A DNA stretch of 64,000 nt from the human T2T-CHM13v2.0 reference genome, Homo sapiens, in the NCBI RefSeq assembly GCF_009914755.1, contig NC_060930.1; one strand, given 5' to 3'. Both the position numbers and the translations under genes were made by a program. Of the stretch, positions 14,433 to 30,319 are shown piece by piece. Numbering within the stretch: the stretch's first letter is position 1; each line of letters begins with the position of its first letter. The notes beneath the pieces were generated by a model, which ran no database searches, was not told the DNA's origin, and was given only the letters and a program-made list of their open reading frames with translations.

Positions 14433-15460
14433 CACAACATTTTTAGAGACAAAAATATCTACATTACATATTCTACTTTACAGATTATGTGGCTTTTAAC
14501 AATGCTCTATTTTTAAATCTCATCATTTCCTTTAATTACACATTATTATGTTTTCATATGCGTATGTGGTACAAAATTCAAAAGGTACAAAAGAATACAA
14601 TGAAAAGTAAGTTTACTTTTCATCCCAGCCACCCAAAGGTAACCAAAGTAGTCAGGTTCTTGTGTATTCTCCCGAAGATACCAAGCCATATAAAAATATA
14701 TATACATCTATTTTTTATTTTTAATGAAGGCCAGCCCCTGCGCTGTGGTTGTTTCACCAGTAATACTATCCTGTGAGGCCTCTCAAGAAACAGCCACCTT
14801 TCTGTTGGCCAGGTGAGAGCATGTTTCCTTGTATAATACTTTTTTTATGCAAATAGAAATTTACCATACCCAGTGTTCTGCTCCTCACATTTCTTACCTA
14901 ACAATAAATTTGGGAGATAAATAACTTATCATCTCTCTTGTCATAACTATATTCCCTATCACAGCACCTTCTGCATGCAACAGGTGCTCAGTAAATGCTT
15001 TTTAGCTAGTGGTAATGACAGTTTCCTGTTGAGAATTGAAGTATGGAAAAGCTGTTTACAACCATAAACCACCATAGAAAGGTAAGCAATTGTCACGACT
15101 GTGTGTAGCTGCTATGAAATGAAGTAGGTCCTGTGTTGATCAATGTTCCTTCTGTTTTAATGGCCAAACTCAAACTAGAGTGTCCACTTCTTCCTCTGGG
15201 TTCTACACTCAGCAAAGCGGAGGCTGTCAGTCCAGACAATACTATTTAACAGAAGCCAGAAGGTGAACTTCCTGTTAAGTCAAGCTCATAAAGACACAGA
15301 GAAGGTGAAATGGTTGGGGCAGAAAAGGACCTCAAGAGAATTGTTTATTTACTCTAGAGGAGACGCTGCAGAGTGACTTTTATACCCTAAGGGAGCCTCA
15401 AACAGGAAGGAAAGGGCTAGAACCACAGGAAAAGTAGAGTGAGCTTCAGAAAGATCTCTG

Positions 15461-15629
15461 AGCCAGGTGCGGTGCAATGCGCCTATAGTCGCAGCCACTG
15501 GGGAGGCTAAGGCAGGAGGATCTCTTGAGCCCAGGAGTTCAAGGTTGCAGCAAGCTATGATCACTCCACTGCACTCTAGCCTGGGTGACAGAGCAAGACC
15601 CTGTCTCCGAAAATAAAAAATAAGAATAA
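15461..15629 (+). mobile_element. FRAM (free right Alu monomer)
   Basis: Single right-arm monomer, A tail, perfect TSD aaagatctctg at 15450-15460 and 15630-15640. Confidence 0.88.
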
Positions 15630-15894
15630 AAAGATCTCTGGGATAGCACTATGGACTGCAGCCTCCACCCCAACATTTTGGCAGGATCCCCCTACCTCTG
15701 CTAGCACATATGGCCCTTTTGTAGGATTGAGGCAGACCCAGCTGAGAGGACTCGGGTATTCAGTGGAGGAAGGCTTTGTCCCAGGACAAGACTTCAGTGC
15801 AGGGCGCCAGCTGGATTTCAGCCCCACTCGCCCCATCCCTGTGCAAAGTGCAAACTCCCACCCCTAGGCAAAGGGTCGTGTCCCTTCCTCCAGG

Positions 15895-16170
15895 TGTCAT
15901 TCATGTGTTCATTAGATATATATGTATTGATACCCACTACATGTCATGCACCATACTAGGTACTGGGAACACAGCATGAACAAGGCAGGCTCCCAGCTCA
16001 TAAGGAGTTTATTTCCTAATGGGAAAGATACAACAAATCTGCAAGAAAGGCAATTTCAGAGTGAAAAGTGCAAAGAATGTATATGGGATAACCTGAGAGT
16101 GATGTGAGGGTGGTGGGCAGTGTTTGGCCAGAGTAGTCAAGAAAGGCCTTTTTGAAAAGGAGACCCCTCA
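15895..16170 (-). mobile_element. L2 3' fragment
   Basis: tcattcatgtgttcatt..actaggtactgggaacacagcatgaacaag. Confidence 0.65.
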
Positions 16171-16257
16171 ATTTCCAGGCTCCAGGCTGGAGTCCTTTGA
16201 GACTCTTTCCCCTCCTTTTCCATCCCTCAAGTGGGTTTGAGCCAGGGTCTTATGTTT

Positions 16258-17290
16258 CCTGGTGGAAACAGCCTCCAAGATAGCCCCTAATGAACTTCCT
16301 TCTTGGTGTCCATGCCCTTGAGTAGTCTCTTTCCACATAGACTCAGGGTTGGTCTGTGTGGCCAATAGAACACAGTAGAAGTGATGGTTGTCACTCCCAA
16401 GGCTAAGTCATCAGAGACTTCATGCTCCCCTGCCCTGCCCTCTCTGTCTCTCTCTCTCAGGTTGCTTGCTCTGGGGGAAGTGAGCTGCTGTATTATAAAC
16501 AACCACATGGCAAGGAACTGAGGCCTCCTGCCAACAGCCATGCACATGAGTGAGCTTGGAAGCAGATTCTGCAGCCCCAGTCAAGGCTTCAGATAACTGC
16601 AGCCCCAACTGACAATCATGATTACAACCTCATGAGATTCCCTGATTCAGAACCATCCAACTAAGCTGCTCTCAAATTCTCTTTTTTTCTTTAATGAATG
16701 AGGCAATTTATTAACCCAGGATCATTTGTTTTAATGCTTCTTGTTGGCAGCTGCCACCTATCCAGTGATTCTGTCCAGATCTTTCTGACCCTGAGGTGTC
16801 AGTTTGTGGCACCTATCTTGGTCCTTTTCCACCATTTTCAGCCCCTCCAGGGCTTGGAGGACCCAGTGGGCCACACTCTTGGAGACTCGGCTGACGTGGC
16901 TGGGCAGGACACCATTTATCTGACATTCCCCATAGATCTTGGTCATGGAGCCAACCCCAGCGCCACCTTGGCGGTATAGGTGCTACGTTGTGGAAGCAGC
17001 TCATGTGTAGAACCACTTCTCATCTCAGAGAGTAAGCTCTTTGCGCTTGGCCAGTTTGGTGGTATCCACCCATTCAGGGACTTTCAGCTTCCTGGACTTT
17101 TTGAGGAGGGCTACCGGAGCTCTGATGAACTCCTGCTGATTCATGTTTTCTACAGTAACTCCAGGAATCATGACACCTCTGCGCTGCCAGCCAGGGGAAC
17201 AGCTGTTCTCAAATTCTCAAAAGAACACCTGTTATTTTAAGCCACTAAGGTTGGAGGTTGTTTGTTACACAGCACTAGATAACCAATACA
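16258..17290 (+). mobile_element. MLT1E/F-type MaLR LTR, interrupted by the RPS19 retrocopy
   Basis: cagcctccaagatagccccta...ttttaagccactaagg..ttgttacacagcactagataaccaataca. Confidence 0.8.
16682..17200 (-). pseudogene. RPS19 pseudogene: Processed pseudogene of 40S ribosomal protein S19 (eS19)
   Basis: Intronless 438-bp CDS equivalent at 17168-16731 (146 codons, no indels) reading [13 protein letters not shown]...MTKIYG...ANKKH*. Start is ATT; stops at codons 48, 56, 62 and 137. 5'UTR ttcccctggctggcagcgc, AATAAA at 16707-16712, poly(A) remnant, TSD agctg(c/t)tctcaaattctc at 16664-16681 and 17201-17218. Confidence 0.97.
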
Positions 17291-17362
17291 CAATAGATAG
17301 CCCTTACACATCGATCTCACTGCACCCTGCAATCCAGACTTCCTTGTCTCCTGTGTCCTGTC

Positions 17363-17420
17363 CAGCATCTAGCCTGCCCAGTACTCAACTACAGCATCTA
17401 GCCTGCCCAGTATTCAACTG
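17363..17420. repeat. 29-bp tandem duplication
   Basis: cagcatctagcctgcccagta(c/t)tcaact(a/g) x2. Confidence 0.92.
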
Positions 17421-17912
17421 TGACACCATCCCAACCCCCTCAAAGACCATCCCCCACCCCATATTTCTCAATCACCTCCAGGAAAAAGGTTAGATCAGCC
17501 TGGTTTCTAAGTCTGTCCATAAATCTAATTCCGCAAGCATTTATTGCAAATTTTTGATATGTTTAGCTTAGTGTTTCATGCTGCAGGGAAAACACAAGAA
17601 CGAGTTATTATAGTCCCTGTCCTTGGTGTTGTTGGTAAGATAGACTAATGTCTCTGAAACAATCAGAAGACAGTGCAGAATAGTTAATCAAAGGCTTGTG
17701 GGGTTGACAGAAAGTGTTAAGTGAGAGGTTGGAGAGCTTCATGTTGGCCAGAGGTGGGGAGCAGAGAGAAGCTGGGGCCTGGGTCAGTCCAGCACAGGCA
17801 AGGGAAGAAGGGTAGGGCCCAGACAAGCAGAGGGGCTGAGAGCAGAGGTCGGTTTAGGGAAACAAAGCCTGGGCCAGCTGAAGATGTAGAGGGCCTTGAA
17901 AGCCTGGTGGAA

Positions 17913-18023
17913 GAACCCAGCAGGTGGAGGTTGCAGAATTCACTGCAACCTCCGCCTCCTGGGTTCAAGCAATTCTCCAGCCTCAGCCTCCCTGGGTTAT
18001 AAATTGGGTGGATTTATAACCCA
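17913..18023. repeat. Two adjacent inverted repeats including an isolated Alu fragment
   Basis: Arms 17913-17936 / 17943-17966 (22/24) and 17993-18004 / 18012-18023 (12/12). Confidence 0.9.
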
Positions 18024-18419
18024 AACCAGTGGGCAATAAACAGTGCTGTGAACCTATTTAGATCGATGAGATTAAAGGTAGGGAGTGAGATAGAAAGAAG
18101 ATGGAGAGGAAAAGAAGGTGGGAAAAGAGATCGGGGTTGGGGAAAAATGAATTTGGAGTGATTTGCCATCACTGAGATGTGAGCACCTGAAGCTAGACAG
18201 CAGGAACAAAACCAGGGGCATTGCTCTGATTTGAGGCTGCACAATTGAGGTGTCACCCCCACCCCAGGCCTGGCAGCCACCTCTTACCTGGGGGAGCATA
18301 GATTCTATGAGACTGGAGTCAAGAGCAGGTCAGGCTCCTGCTGAGTCTATAGCAGAGGTGCTTAACGCTCTATGGACACCTGGGGAGATGTGTAAGGGCA
18401 CTTGGGGGCCAATTTGAAG

Positions 18420-18612
18420 CACTTTAGCATAATAGTCTAGTGCAGAAACTGACAGACCACCTGGCTCTACCCCTCACAGACTGAGGGACCTTCAATCAGT
18501 CACTTAACTCCCCAGAGCCCCATAATCCTTATCCAAACATGAAGGTAATGAGAGTACCTACTCCATAGGGTTGTGGAGATTCAGCAAAATGAAAAGCACT
18601 TAGAACGGTTAA
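18420..18612 (+). mobile_element. MIR
   Basis: cacttaactcccc..agtacctactccatagggttgtggagatt. Confidence 0.7.
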
Positions 18613-18713
18613 CTTCTTTGTTATGCAAATGTTCTTGCACTGACCTGGGTTGCAGTTTAGGCATAAACATTTTTAGATTCCTGGGTACAGCCAAGATTAA
18701 GAATCAAAAATTC

Positions 18714-19210
<497 letters not shown>

Positions 19211-19874
19211 AAAAATCAGAAATCCACAAGGACAAAGAACTCACCCCCCCCCATCCTTCCTACCATCCTCCCTACCATCAGAATAGGAAGTTAAAACTAT
19301 CACTTCAGACATGCTCTTTGATTCAGATGAAGGTGAGACTTGGCTAGATTATGGCTTTGACTCAGAACCATGGGCAAAGTTCATGGTTTGGGAGTTTCTG
19401 CAGGAAGCTTGGGGACGTTCAGCTGTTTTAGCTGAACTTGACTCTGAGTTCCAAGTCTATGAAATTCCAAAACTCAAAGCAAAACAAAGGCACCCTCAAG
19501 GTTAGGGATCATATGCTATCCATCTCCACCCCCTGGCACCCAGCGTGGCACCCACACTTGCTGGTTGGCTGGAGGAGCGAGGCAGGCCTTAACTCGGTTG
19601 GTGTACAGAGCTGACTGGTCTCAGATATGGACCACAGAGGGCAAATTTGATGAAACAAAGACAAAGCCATAAAGGAAACAGGCTTTGTGCCATTTAGGAA
19701 TGCAAATTAGATTTTCTTCATTGCTGAAGAATTCTCATACTGCTAAACCAGGAATATTCAGACACCCACCTTCCACCCCCAGTTTAGGATATTTATGTTA
19801 ACGGAAGACTCAGAGGGAGATGACTTTTTGGGTCCTTTGAGTTGGTACAATGCAGATACAGGTGCCATATTTAA

Positions 19875-20408
<534 letters not shown>

Positions 20409-20550
20409 CATCAAAGTCCACTTTGGGGCGGAAGCCAGCCCAGGTTTGGCGTATCGCCTGGACAGTAGCCCCGACTTGGGTTAAAAGAATTAACAAATCC
20501 CTGCCCACTGGTCACATATTTGTCATTTTTTCTGCCTTAAAAATATCCCC

Positions 20551-20855
20551 GCTGGGTGTGGTGGCTCCAGCCTGTAATCCCAACACTTTGGGAGTTTGAG
20601 GCAGGAGGATCGCTTGAGTCTAGGAGTTGGAGACCAGCCTGAGCAATATAGTGAGATCCTGCCTCTACGAAAAGTAAAAAAATAAAAAATTAGCCAGGCA
20701 TGGTGGCATGCACCTGTAGTCCCAGCTACTCAGGGGGCTGAGGTGGGAGGATCACTTGAGTCTGGGAGGGCAAGGCTGCAGTGAGCAGTGATCGTGCCAC
20801 TGCACTGCAGGGTGGGCCACAGTGCAAAATCTTATCTAAAAAAAAGAAAAAAAAG
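20551..20855 (+). mobile_element. AluJ
   Basis: Diverged full dimer. Confidence 0.88.
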
Positions 20856-21408
20856 AATCCTTAAAGTTGAGAGTCTGAATAGTTTTAATTATCTAATGCG
20901 CTCACTGGATTTTTAAATTGTCCTTGTCACTTCTGGTGTGGTTTGGCATTTTGAGCTTTGCTGACTCTGAAATACTCTCTGTAACTGGGAAGGACATATC
21001 CATGAACACTCACCCTGCTTGCTGCATAATCAGGGGTCTCCTTGGGCTCCAGGGCTAGGACAGACCTCTGGGTTGATGATTTAACTCCAGGGCTGGTTAA
21101 TAAAGGCCCAGCTGAATCTGGAGCCTTGCCCCATGTCTCACAGCTAGTGGAAGAGCCAGGAAGATCTGAGTTGTGTTTTCCTGGTATGCTGTTTGTGGTG
21201 GTGGTTTATATAATATCCTGCTTCCATCTCAGGGCACTGGTTTAGTTCAGGAAGCAAACTGGCTCCTTTTCAGGGACCAGAGTCCAAAGAGTAGCCAGAG
21301 ATTATCTCAAAATGCCAGGTGAGAAGATGGGAAATGAATGTCTGGCCTCAGACATTTCACCCCACCCTGGGTGAGATCTATTAATATTACACTCTCTCAG
21401 CACCGCAC

Positions 21409-21980
21409 TGAAAGCACTCTCACAGGGTTAACGAGAATGTCAAGCCAGGCTCTAGGCAGAGTTATAGCTAGGCACTGACCAGGGTGTGCTGGTGCACTTT
21501 GACCCACTTCCCTGCAGTTGCTCGCTAACCGAGAGTCACGTAGCACACGGACCACCTGCTCCCTCATTGTTCCTATAGAGAGAATCTGTGACACTGGACC
21601 TTTTTACTAAAAAATTGCTTAAGGTATTTTTCAGATCCTGCATTCCAGCAGAATGCCTGATGTCAACGAGTCTGCAGAACCCCAGCCCCAAGGTGCCAAT
21701 CCAGCACAGAAATGTGATTCCTTCATCTCCTTGTCCCATAACTGCACGCATCACTTCTCGACCAATCAGCAATCCCTAGCTCCTCAGCCCCCTACCCACC
21801 AAAATTCACTTAAAAAGTCCAGTCTAAAACTCCTTAGGGAGGCAGATTTGAGGTTCCCTCCCACCCCCTTGTTTGGCTGCCATATGATTACTACACTGTT
21901 TCTCTGCTACAACTCCCACCATTTCTGTGTATTGGTCTGTTACTGTCCAATGTGCAGTTGAACCTGGTGGTCCTATAACA
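21409..21980 (+). mobile_element. ERV1 solo LTR (MER72/MER73-like, MER4 group)
   Basis: TG...CA termini with 4-bp TSD gcac at 21405-21408 and 21981-21984; cacagggttaac..cactttgacccacttcc motif. Confidence 0.85.
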
Positions 21981-21984
21981 GCAC

Positions 21985-22167
21985 CTCTTCTTAAAGCACT
22001 GTGTACCGTTATTTACAGTACAATTATTGATTAAAGTCTAAATGTCCCTCATTTAGACTAGAAGCTTCCTGAGGGCTTCTTTGTATTCACCATTGCATCT
22101 CCATCACTTGATGCAGCACATAGCAAGTGGGTGTTCAGTACACATGTGCTGAATAAATAAATAAATG
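21985..22167 (+). mobile_element. L2 3' end
   Basis: tagactagaagcttcctgagggc..gtgctgaataaataaataaatg. Confidence 0.7.
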
Positions 22168-22220
22168 CACAAGAGCCAAGCCTTATGCCATATGCCAGTC
22201 ATTATTCAATTGTTTATATG

Positions 22221-22680
<460 letters not shown>

Positions 22681-23206
22681 ACAATTGAATTTAGACAGCT
22701 GCCTGAAGAGTGAGGCTCAGGTGGCAAATAAAGCAACATGCGCTTGCAGAGCCCAGAAGACAGAAACATATGCAAGACCAAGGACACGGAAGCAGAGTGA
22801 AGAAGCAGGAAGACCAGTCTTGGCTCTGTGAACAAGGACACAGGTGCTGGAATCGGAAGACTTGACCTTTAAGCCATCTCAGTTTCTTCATGTGTGTCCT
22901 GGCCATGGCAAAACCCTAGCTGAAGAGATTCTGAGGTGACAAGGGGTGGGGAGTGATATTTAGGACTTGCAAAGAGAGGCCAGAAGGAAGTCAGGCAGCC
23001 TCAAGGGAGTCAGGGCCTTCTCCACCACCACAGCTGGGCTCAGGGAAACTGCTGACACACAGGCACACTAGTGACTCCAGGCCCTGCCCTCAGCAGCTTC
23101 CACATCCTCCTTGCGGGCACCTTGTCACCTTGTCATCTGCTGTCCCAGGGCAGCTCTCAGTCTCCCTGCCTGCTTCCTCCCGCCCAGTGCTTCTCACCTC
23201 TCTGAC

Positions 23207-23661
23207 TTTTTATTTTATTTTTATTTTTTAAAGACAGGGTCTTGCTCTGTCATTTCACTCTGTCACCTAGGTTGGAGTACAGTGGCATGATCACAGCTAA
23301 CTGCAGCCTTGACCTATTGGGCTCAAGTGATCCTCCCCTCTTAGCCTCCCAAGTAACTAGGACTATAGGTGTGCATCAACACGCCTGGACAATTTTTTTA
23401 ATTTTTTATAGAGACTGGGCCTCACTATGTTGGCCAGGCTGGTCTCAAACTCCTGGGCTCAAGCAGTCCTCTCGCCTCAGCCTCCCAAAGTGCTGGGATG
23501 ACAGGCGTGAGCCACTGCACCCGGCCTAATTTTGTTTTTTGGTAGAGACAAGGTCTCAATATGTTGGCCAGGCTGGTCTGGAACTCCTGAGCTCAAGCAA
23601 TCCTCTTGCCTCAGCCTCGTAAAGTGCTGGGATTATAGCTGTGAATCAACCACACCTGGCC
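23207..23661 (-). mobile_element. AluJ plus an extra left monomer (23527-23661)
   Basis: Three-arm arrangement; tctgactttt on both flanks. Confidence 0.85.
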
Positions 23662-24921
23662 TCATTCTGACTTTTGTCCGAGGGACATCCTTCACGTTAT
23701 TGTTCCTCCTGCTGAATCAGGCCTGACACCTTCTCACTTATAAGTGGGAAGCTCACTACTCTTGTGGTGCTGAAGGGGCCCTGCAGTGTGGTACCTTGTG
23801 TATGAAGTCAGCCATATCACCTCATAGAATTGCTTATACTGCCCAGAGTCCCCAGGAACCTTAACCTGTTCTTTGGCAGAAATATAGACATGGGTTTTAG
23901 GTCTGATGAAAGATGGCATCCAAACACAGGCAGAATCGTGTAGGCAGGAGGCCTCCGTTCAGACACCTAGAACTCTCAGCAGGCTGCTCCCTGAACTGGC
24001 TCTGTATCAATCGCTGCATTTTAGTTTGAACCCCAGCCTATGGTTCTCCTCTCCTGCAGTTAGCATTTTAGACTTTCTGTCTCTAATGTAAGTAAATACT
24101 TTTTGTTAAAGGAATTTGGGGCATCGTCAAGTACGTGAGGAGGCACATAGGGCCCAGGGAGGGAGGGATCCCACATTGCTCAGGCCCAGGGATACCCAAG
24201 CCTGTGACTGCGGGTTCTCACCAGCATCAGCTCAGTGAGTTCTGCCTCAGCTGTCCCAACACTAAGTCTCTACACCTGCCCACTCTGTTACAGACTGAAG
24301 CAGGGGAAGAAGTTGTGTCACCAGAGCTCTGAGCCAGAATTTTGGGAAAGATGGCAGATTGGTAAGGAAATAAATTGCTCAGTTTATATCACCCATCATT
24401 TCCTTTTTCAAATTGCAAAATAAAATAGGAAATAGAATAGAAAATTAAATAAAATATCCCTCTTGGTGATTTTGAAGGTAGACCAGTTCTGGTTTCCTGC
24501 CAGCGGAGATTACCCTTCCCCGTGGCACAATAGTCTCATTCAGCTTTTGGTACTAGAGTAACTATTTAGAATAAAGTCCGAGGTCCCAGCTAAGAACAGA
24601 GAATGAAGAAAAACTTACAAATTTCTTTTTTCTGCACATGCCATGCCATTTACAAACATGGCCACTTTGATGACTTCCTCACTGCTTTGCCCTTGAAAAA
24701 GGAGTTATTATAACATACCTTGCAAATGACAAAACCTGATTGTGTCCTTGTGCAAATGTCCCTGTCATGCAGGGGAGGTGGTTCCTCTGTGTGATTGGGG
24801 CCTCAGAGGCCCCTGCTTGTCACTGAGGACTCTGCTGGACCCCTGCTTGGTCATGGGACAGATGAGGGGGCATCCTGCTACATTTGCTGTTTTTAATTTC
24901 ATGCTTTCATCTTTTCCTTAT

Positions 24922-25311
<390 letters not shown>

Positions 25312-26245
25312 TCATTGTATTTCTTTTAAATTGCAATATTTAAATTATCATTAAAGAACTAAACCATGTTCATTATTGAAAATTTGGAGGAAAAAGACTC
25401 CCCATAATCTCATCATCCAGAGACAAATTATTCATAATTTAGATTACCAAGATAAACCCCTCTAGGTTGTGATGTATTATCTTTTTATTTATATTGCTGA
25501 ATTTGACTTGTTAATATTTTGTTAAGGATTTCTGCATCTATGTTCATGAGGAATTTGGGCCTATAATTTGATTTTTTTTTGTAATATCTTTTTGTAGTTT
25601 TGGTGTTAGGGTATCATTGCCCTAATTAATTGAGTCAAGATGTGTTTCTTCTGCTTTTATATTCTGGGAAAGACTGTAGAATTGGCATTATTTTTTCCTT
25701 AAATATTAATAGAATTTACCAGTGAAAACATTTGGGCCTAGAGTTTATTTTGTCGGAAAGTTTTTAGCTACAAATTCAATTACTTTACTTGTCATAGATG
25801 AATACAGAATTTCTGTTTCTTCTTGAGTTAGTTTTGGTAATTCATGTCTTTCATAACCGTCCCCTAAAATCCTTTTAATTTGTTTTAAATTAGTAGTGAT
25901 GGCCCTCATCATTATTGATTTTGATCATTTGTGCCTTTTCTTTTTTTTTTCTTATTTAGTCTAGCTAAAGGTTTATCCTTTAAAAATATTTTCATACTTT
26001 TCATTCAATTAAATTGATTTTCTGTATTGTTTTTCTGTTTTTATTTTACTGATTTCTACTATAATTTTTATTCTTTCTTTCCTTCTGCTTACTTAGAGTT
26101 TCATTCGTTTTCTTTTTTTAATTGCTTAAAGTGAAAGCTGATTTGTAATATTTTAGTAATTTTTTTCTTTTTTGATATAGGTGGTCAGTATTTATGAGCT
26201 GTGCTAAACGTTGGTTGGTCTGGAACTCCTGGTTTTAAGCAAACA

Positions 26246-26578
26246 TTTTTATTTACTTTTTATTTATTTTATTTTATTTTGTTTATTTATTTATTGAAAC
26301 AGGGCTTTGCTCTGTTGCCCAGGCTGGAGTGTAGTGGCATGATCACAGCTCATTGAAGACTCAACTTCCTGGGCTCAATTGATCTTCCCATCTCAGCCTC
26401 CCAAGTAGCTGGGACTAAAAATGGACACCACCATGCCTGACTAATTTTTGTGTTTTTTATAGAGATGGGGTTCCACCACGTTGCCTAGGCTAGCCTTGAA
26501 TTCCCCAGCTCAAGCAATCTGCCTGCCTTGGCCTCCCAAAATGCTGGGATTACAAATGTAAGCCACCATGCCTAGCAG
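26246..26578 (-). mobile_element. AluJ
   Basis: Diverged full dimer. Confidence 0.88.
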
Positions 26579-27006
26579 CTATTTTAAAATTTTATTTTAG
26601 TAATGGTTGCTCGACAGATGAATATATACATCTTACCTTGTCACAATCTACTTCAAGTTAATACTGACTTAGTTCCAGTAAAATATAACAACTTTTCTCC
26701 ACTATAACTTTATTTCCACCTTCCTTTATGTGATTGGTATTTAGATGTTACACATATATGCATTACAAGTTTAAAACTGAGTTGTAATTATAGTTTTACA
26801 GAATGTTATGTTTTTCAAAGTAATCATGATAAGAAAAGATCAATGTTTATATATCTTTACATTTATCCACATATTTACCATTTCCTGCATTTTTTATTTC
26901 TTTATTTTTTGTAAACAGGTCAGTTAGCAACAAATTATCTCATTCTTTCTTTATCTGGGAATATATTTTACCTTCATTATTAAAGATTAGTTTTTCTAGA
27001 TTTTGA

Positions 27007-27402
<396 letters not shown>

Positions 27403-28464
27403 TGACCATTAATCATATTGTCCCCTTGTATGTGATGATTTGTTTTTCTCTTACTAGATTTAAGATTTTCTCTTGTCTTTGGTTTGGCTTCCAGTGGTTT
27501 GACCATGATGTGTCCAGGTGTGAATGTCTTTGTATTTATTCTACTTAGAGTTTCTTGAGCTTCTGGAGTTTGTGAAATGATTTTTTAAAGTCAAAACTGG
27601 GGAATTTTCATCCATTATGTCATTAAACATTTTTCTTTCATTTTTCTGGAGTCCCCTTCTGGGATTCCAATTACATGTATGTTGGTATGCTTCATGTTAT
27701 CCCACCAGTCTCTGAGGCACTGTGTATTTTTCTTCTATCTTTTCCTCTCTTTTTTCCACACTGAGTAATTTCTAATGATCTATCTTCAATTTCACTGACT
27801 CTTCTGTGACCTCCTCTAGTACTTTTATTTTTGCTATTATTTATTGCAACTCAGAATTTCCACTGGGTTCTTTTTTAAAAAATAATTTCTGCATTTTAAG
27901 TGAGATCATCTATTTGTTGAATCATTGTCATTACACTGATTTAGTCATTCTTAAGCATGGTTTTCTTTAGTTCTTTGAACATATTTATAATAGCTGCTTT
28001 GAAATCTTTGTCCAATAATCTAATTTCTGGAACCACTCATAGTATATATTTGCTTTTTTTTCCTGAGTATGGGTCAGATTTTGTTTCTTCATGTCTCATA
28101 ACGTTTTTTGAAAACTTGACATTTTAGATAATATACTCTAGCAACTCTGGACTCTGATTTCTTTTCCTGAGGCAGTTATTATTGTCTTTATTTGCTTTCC
28201 CAGAGGTAATCTGCAGAATCTTTGCCTCCTGCAGTACATGGCCACTAATGTCTCTGCTCAGCTTTTTTGTTTTTAAGTCTTGTGTTTAACTTTCAGCCTG
28301 GCCTTCTAAGAGTAGTCCCTGTAGCTTAGTTTAGTGGTCAGCCAATGATTGGGCAGAGGCTGTGCTCAAACACCTTAAGCCTACAAGATCCATCCTCTGC
28401 TAATGGATCTGTGTGTGGGATGAAGAATACATTTAAAGTTCACTCTGTTTTCAAGTCTGCCTAA

Positions 28465-29038
<574 letters not shown>

Positions 29039-29123
29039 TAAATGCAACCGCACAGTATATCCTGTTTTCTACACTAAAAAAGTCTATATATTCTAGATTT
29101 TGTTTGATTTACAGATTTGATAA

Positions 29124-29439
<316 letters not shown>

Positions 29440-30319
29440 GATAACTAGGCTTTTTTTAGTTGATTTTCTAAATTCTCACATTAAACTTTTGGGATCATTA
29501 CCTCCTATTAAATAAAATTTATAGGAGGCCACTGATTTGGACTAGGTTCCTGCACTAGACCCCATCAGACCAAACCAAAATGGAGTCACTCATGCTAAAG
29601 TTTCATATCACCAAACTGAAACTAAGTTGTTTATCTAACCTTCCAGATAAATCAGGGGAGAGATAATAGCCAAATCCTCGAACAGGCCAGTTTTAGCCAG
29701 CATAACAAGGAAATCCCCCCCCCAGCTTTAACCCTTTCAAGGAAAACAACTTTGAAATGATCACTCCATCTTTTATTCTTTGATTCTGCATTCTTCAGCC
29801 TTTTCTTGTCTATAAATACTCACTGGCCACATTGCAGAGCAGAGCTCTCTGAATCTCTTCAGGTTGTGAGAGCTACCTGATTCTTGAATTATTATTTGCT
29901 CAAATAAACTCTGTTAAATTTATTTTGTCTAAGGTTTTATTTTATTAGATGTATGGTCAAAAGCAATGGTTCAAAGGAGATCCACATTGATGAACTCCAG
30001 GATTAACAAGCAAACAGACTGGCTACTCTGCTGAGTTACTTGTGCTCACTGCTTCTCTTTGCACATTTGGAGGGTGTCACTGGTAAGTCCCCCTTGGATA
30101 TGAGCTCCATTATTTGTGTCCAATTTTATATGAACAGTTTTGATCCAGACTATCTGTGGAAGTCACAAGAGAAACTGGATTAGGTTCTATAAGAAGGCTT
30201 TAGGTATCCGACTAAGTTAGACAAAAACCGAACCGGGTTTAGTAAAAGACCTCTAGTAGGAAAGGTTTCAGGAAGACAGAAAATAATGAGTTCATTTAAA
30301 TTCAGGGAGTCTGGGACTC

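Noticed and set aside
16758-16946. 62-aa RPS19-like ORF as a functional gene
   Set aside because: Internal fragment of the processed pseudogene between premature stops, with many CpG-type substitutions.
16682-17200. Assigning a numbered RPS19P locus or chromosome
   Set aside because: Cannot be determined without a database search.
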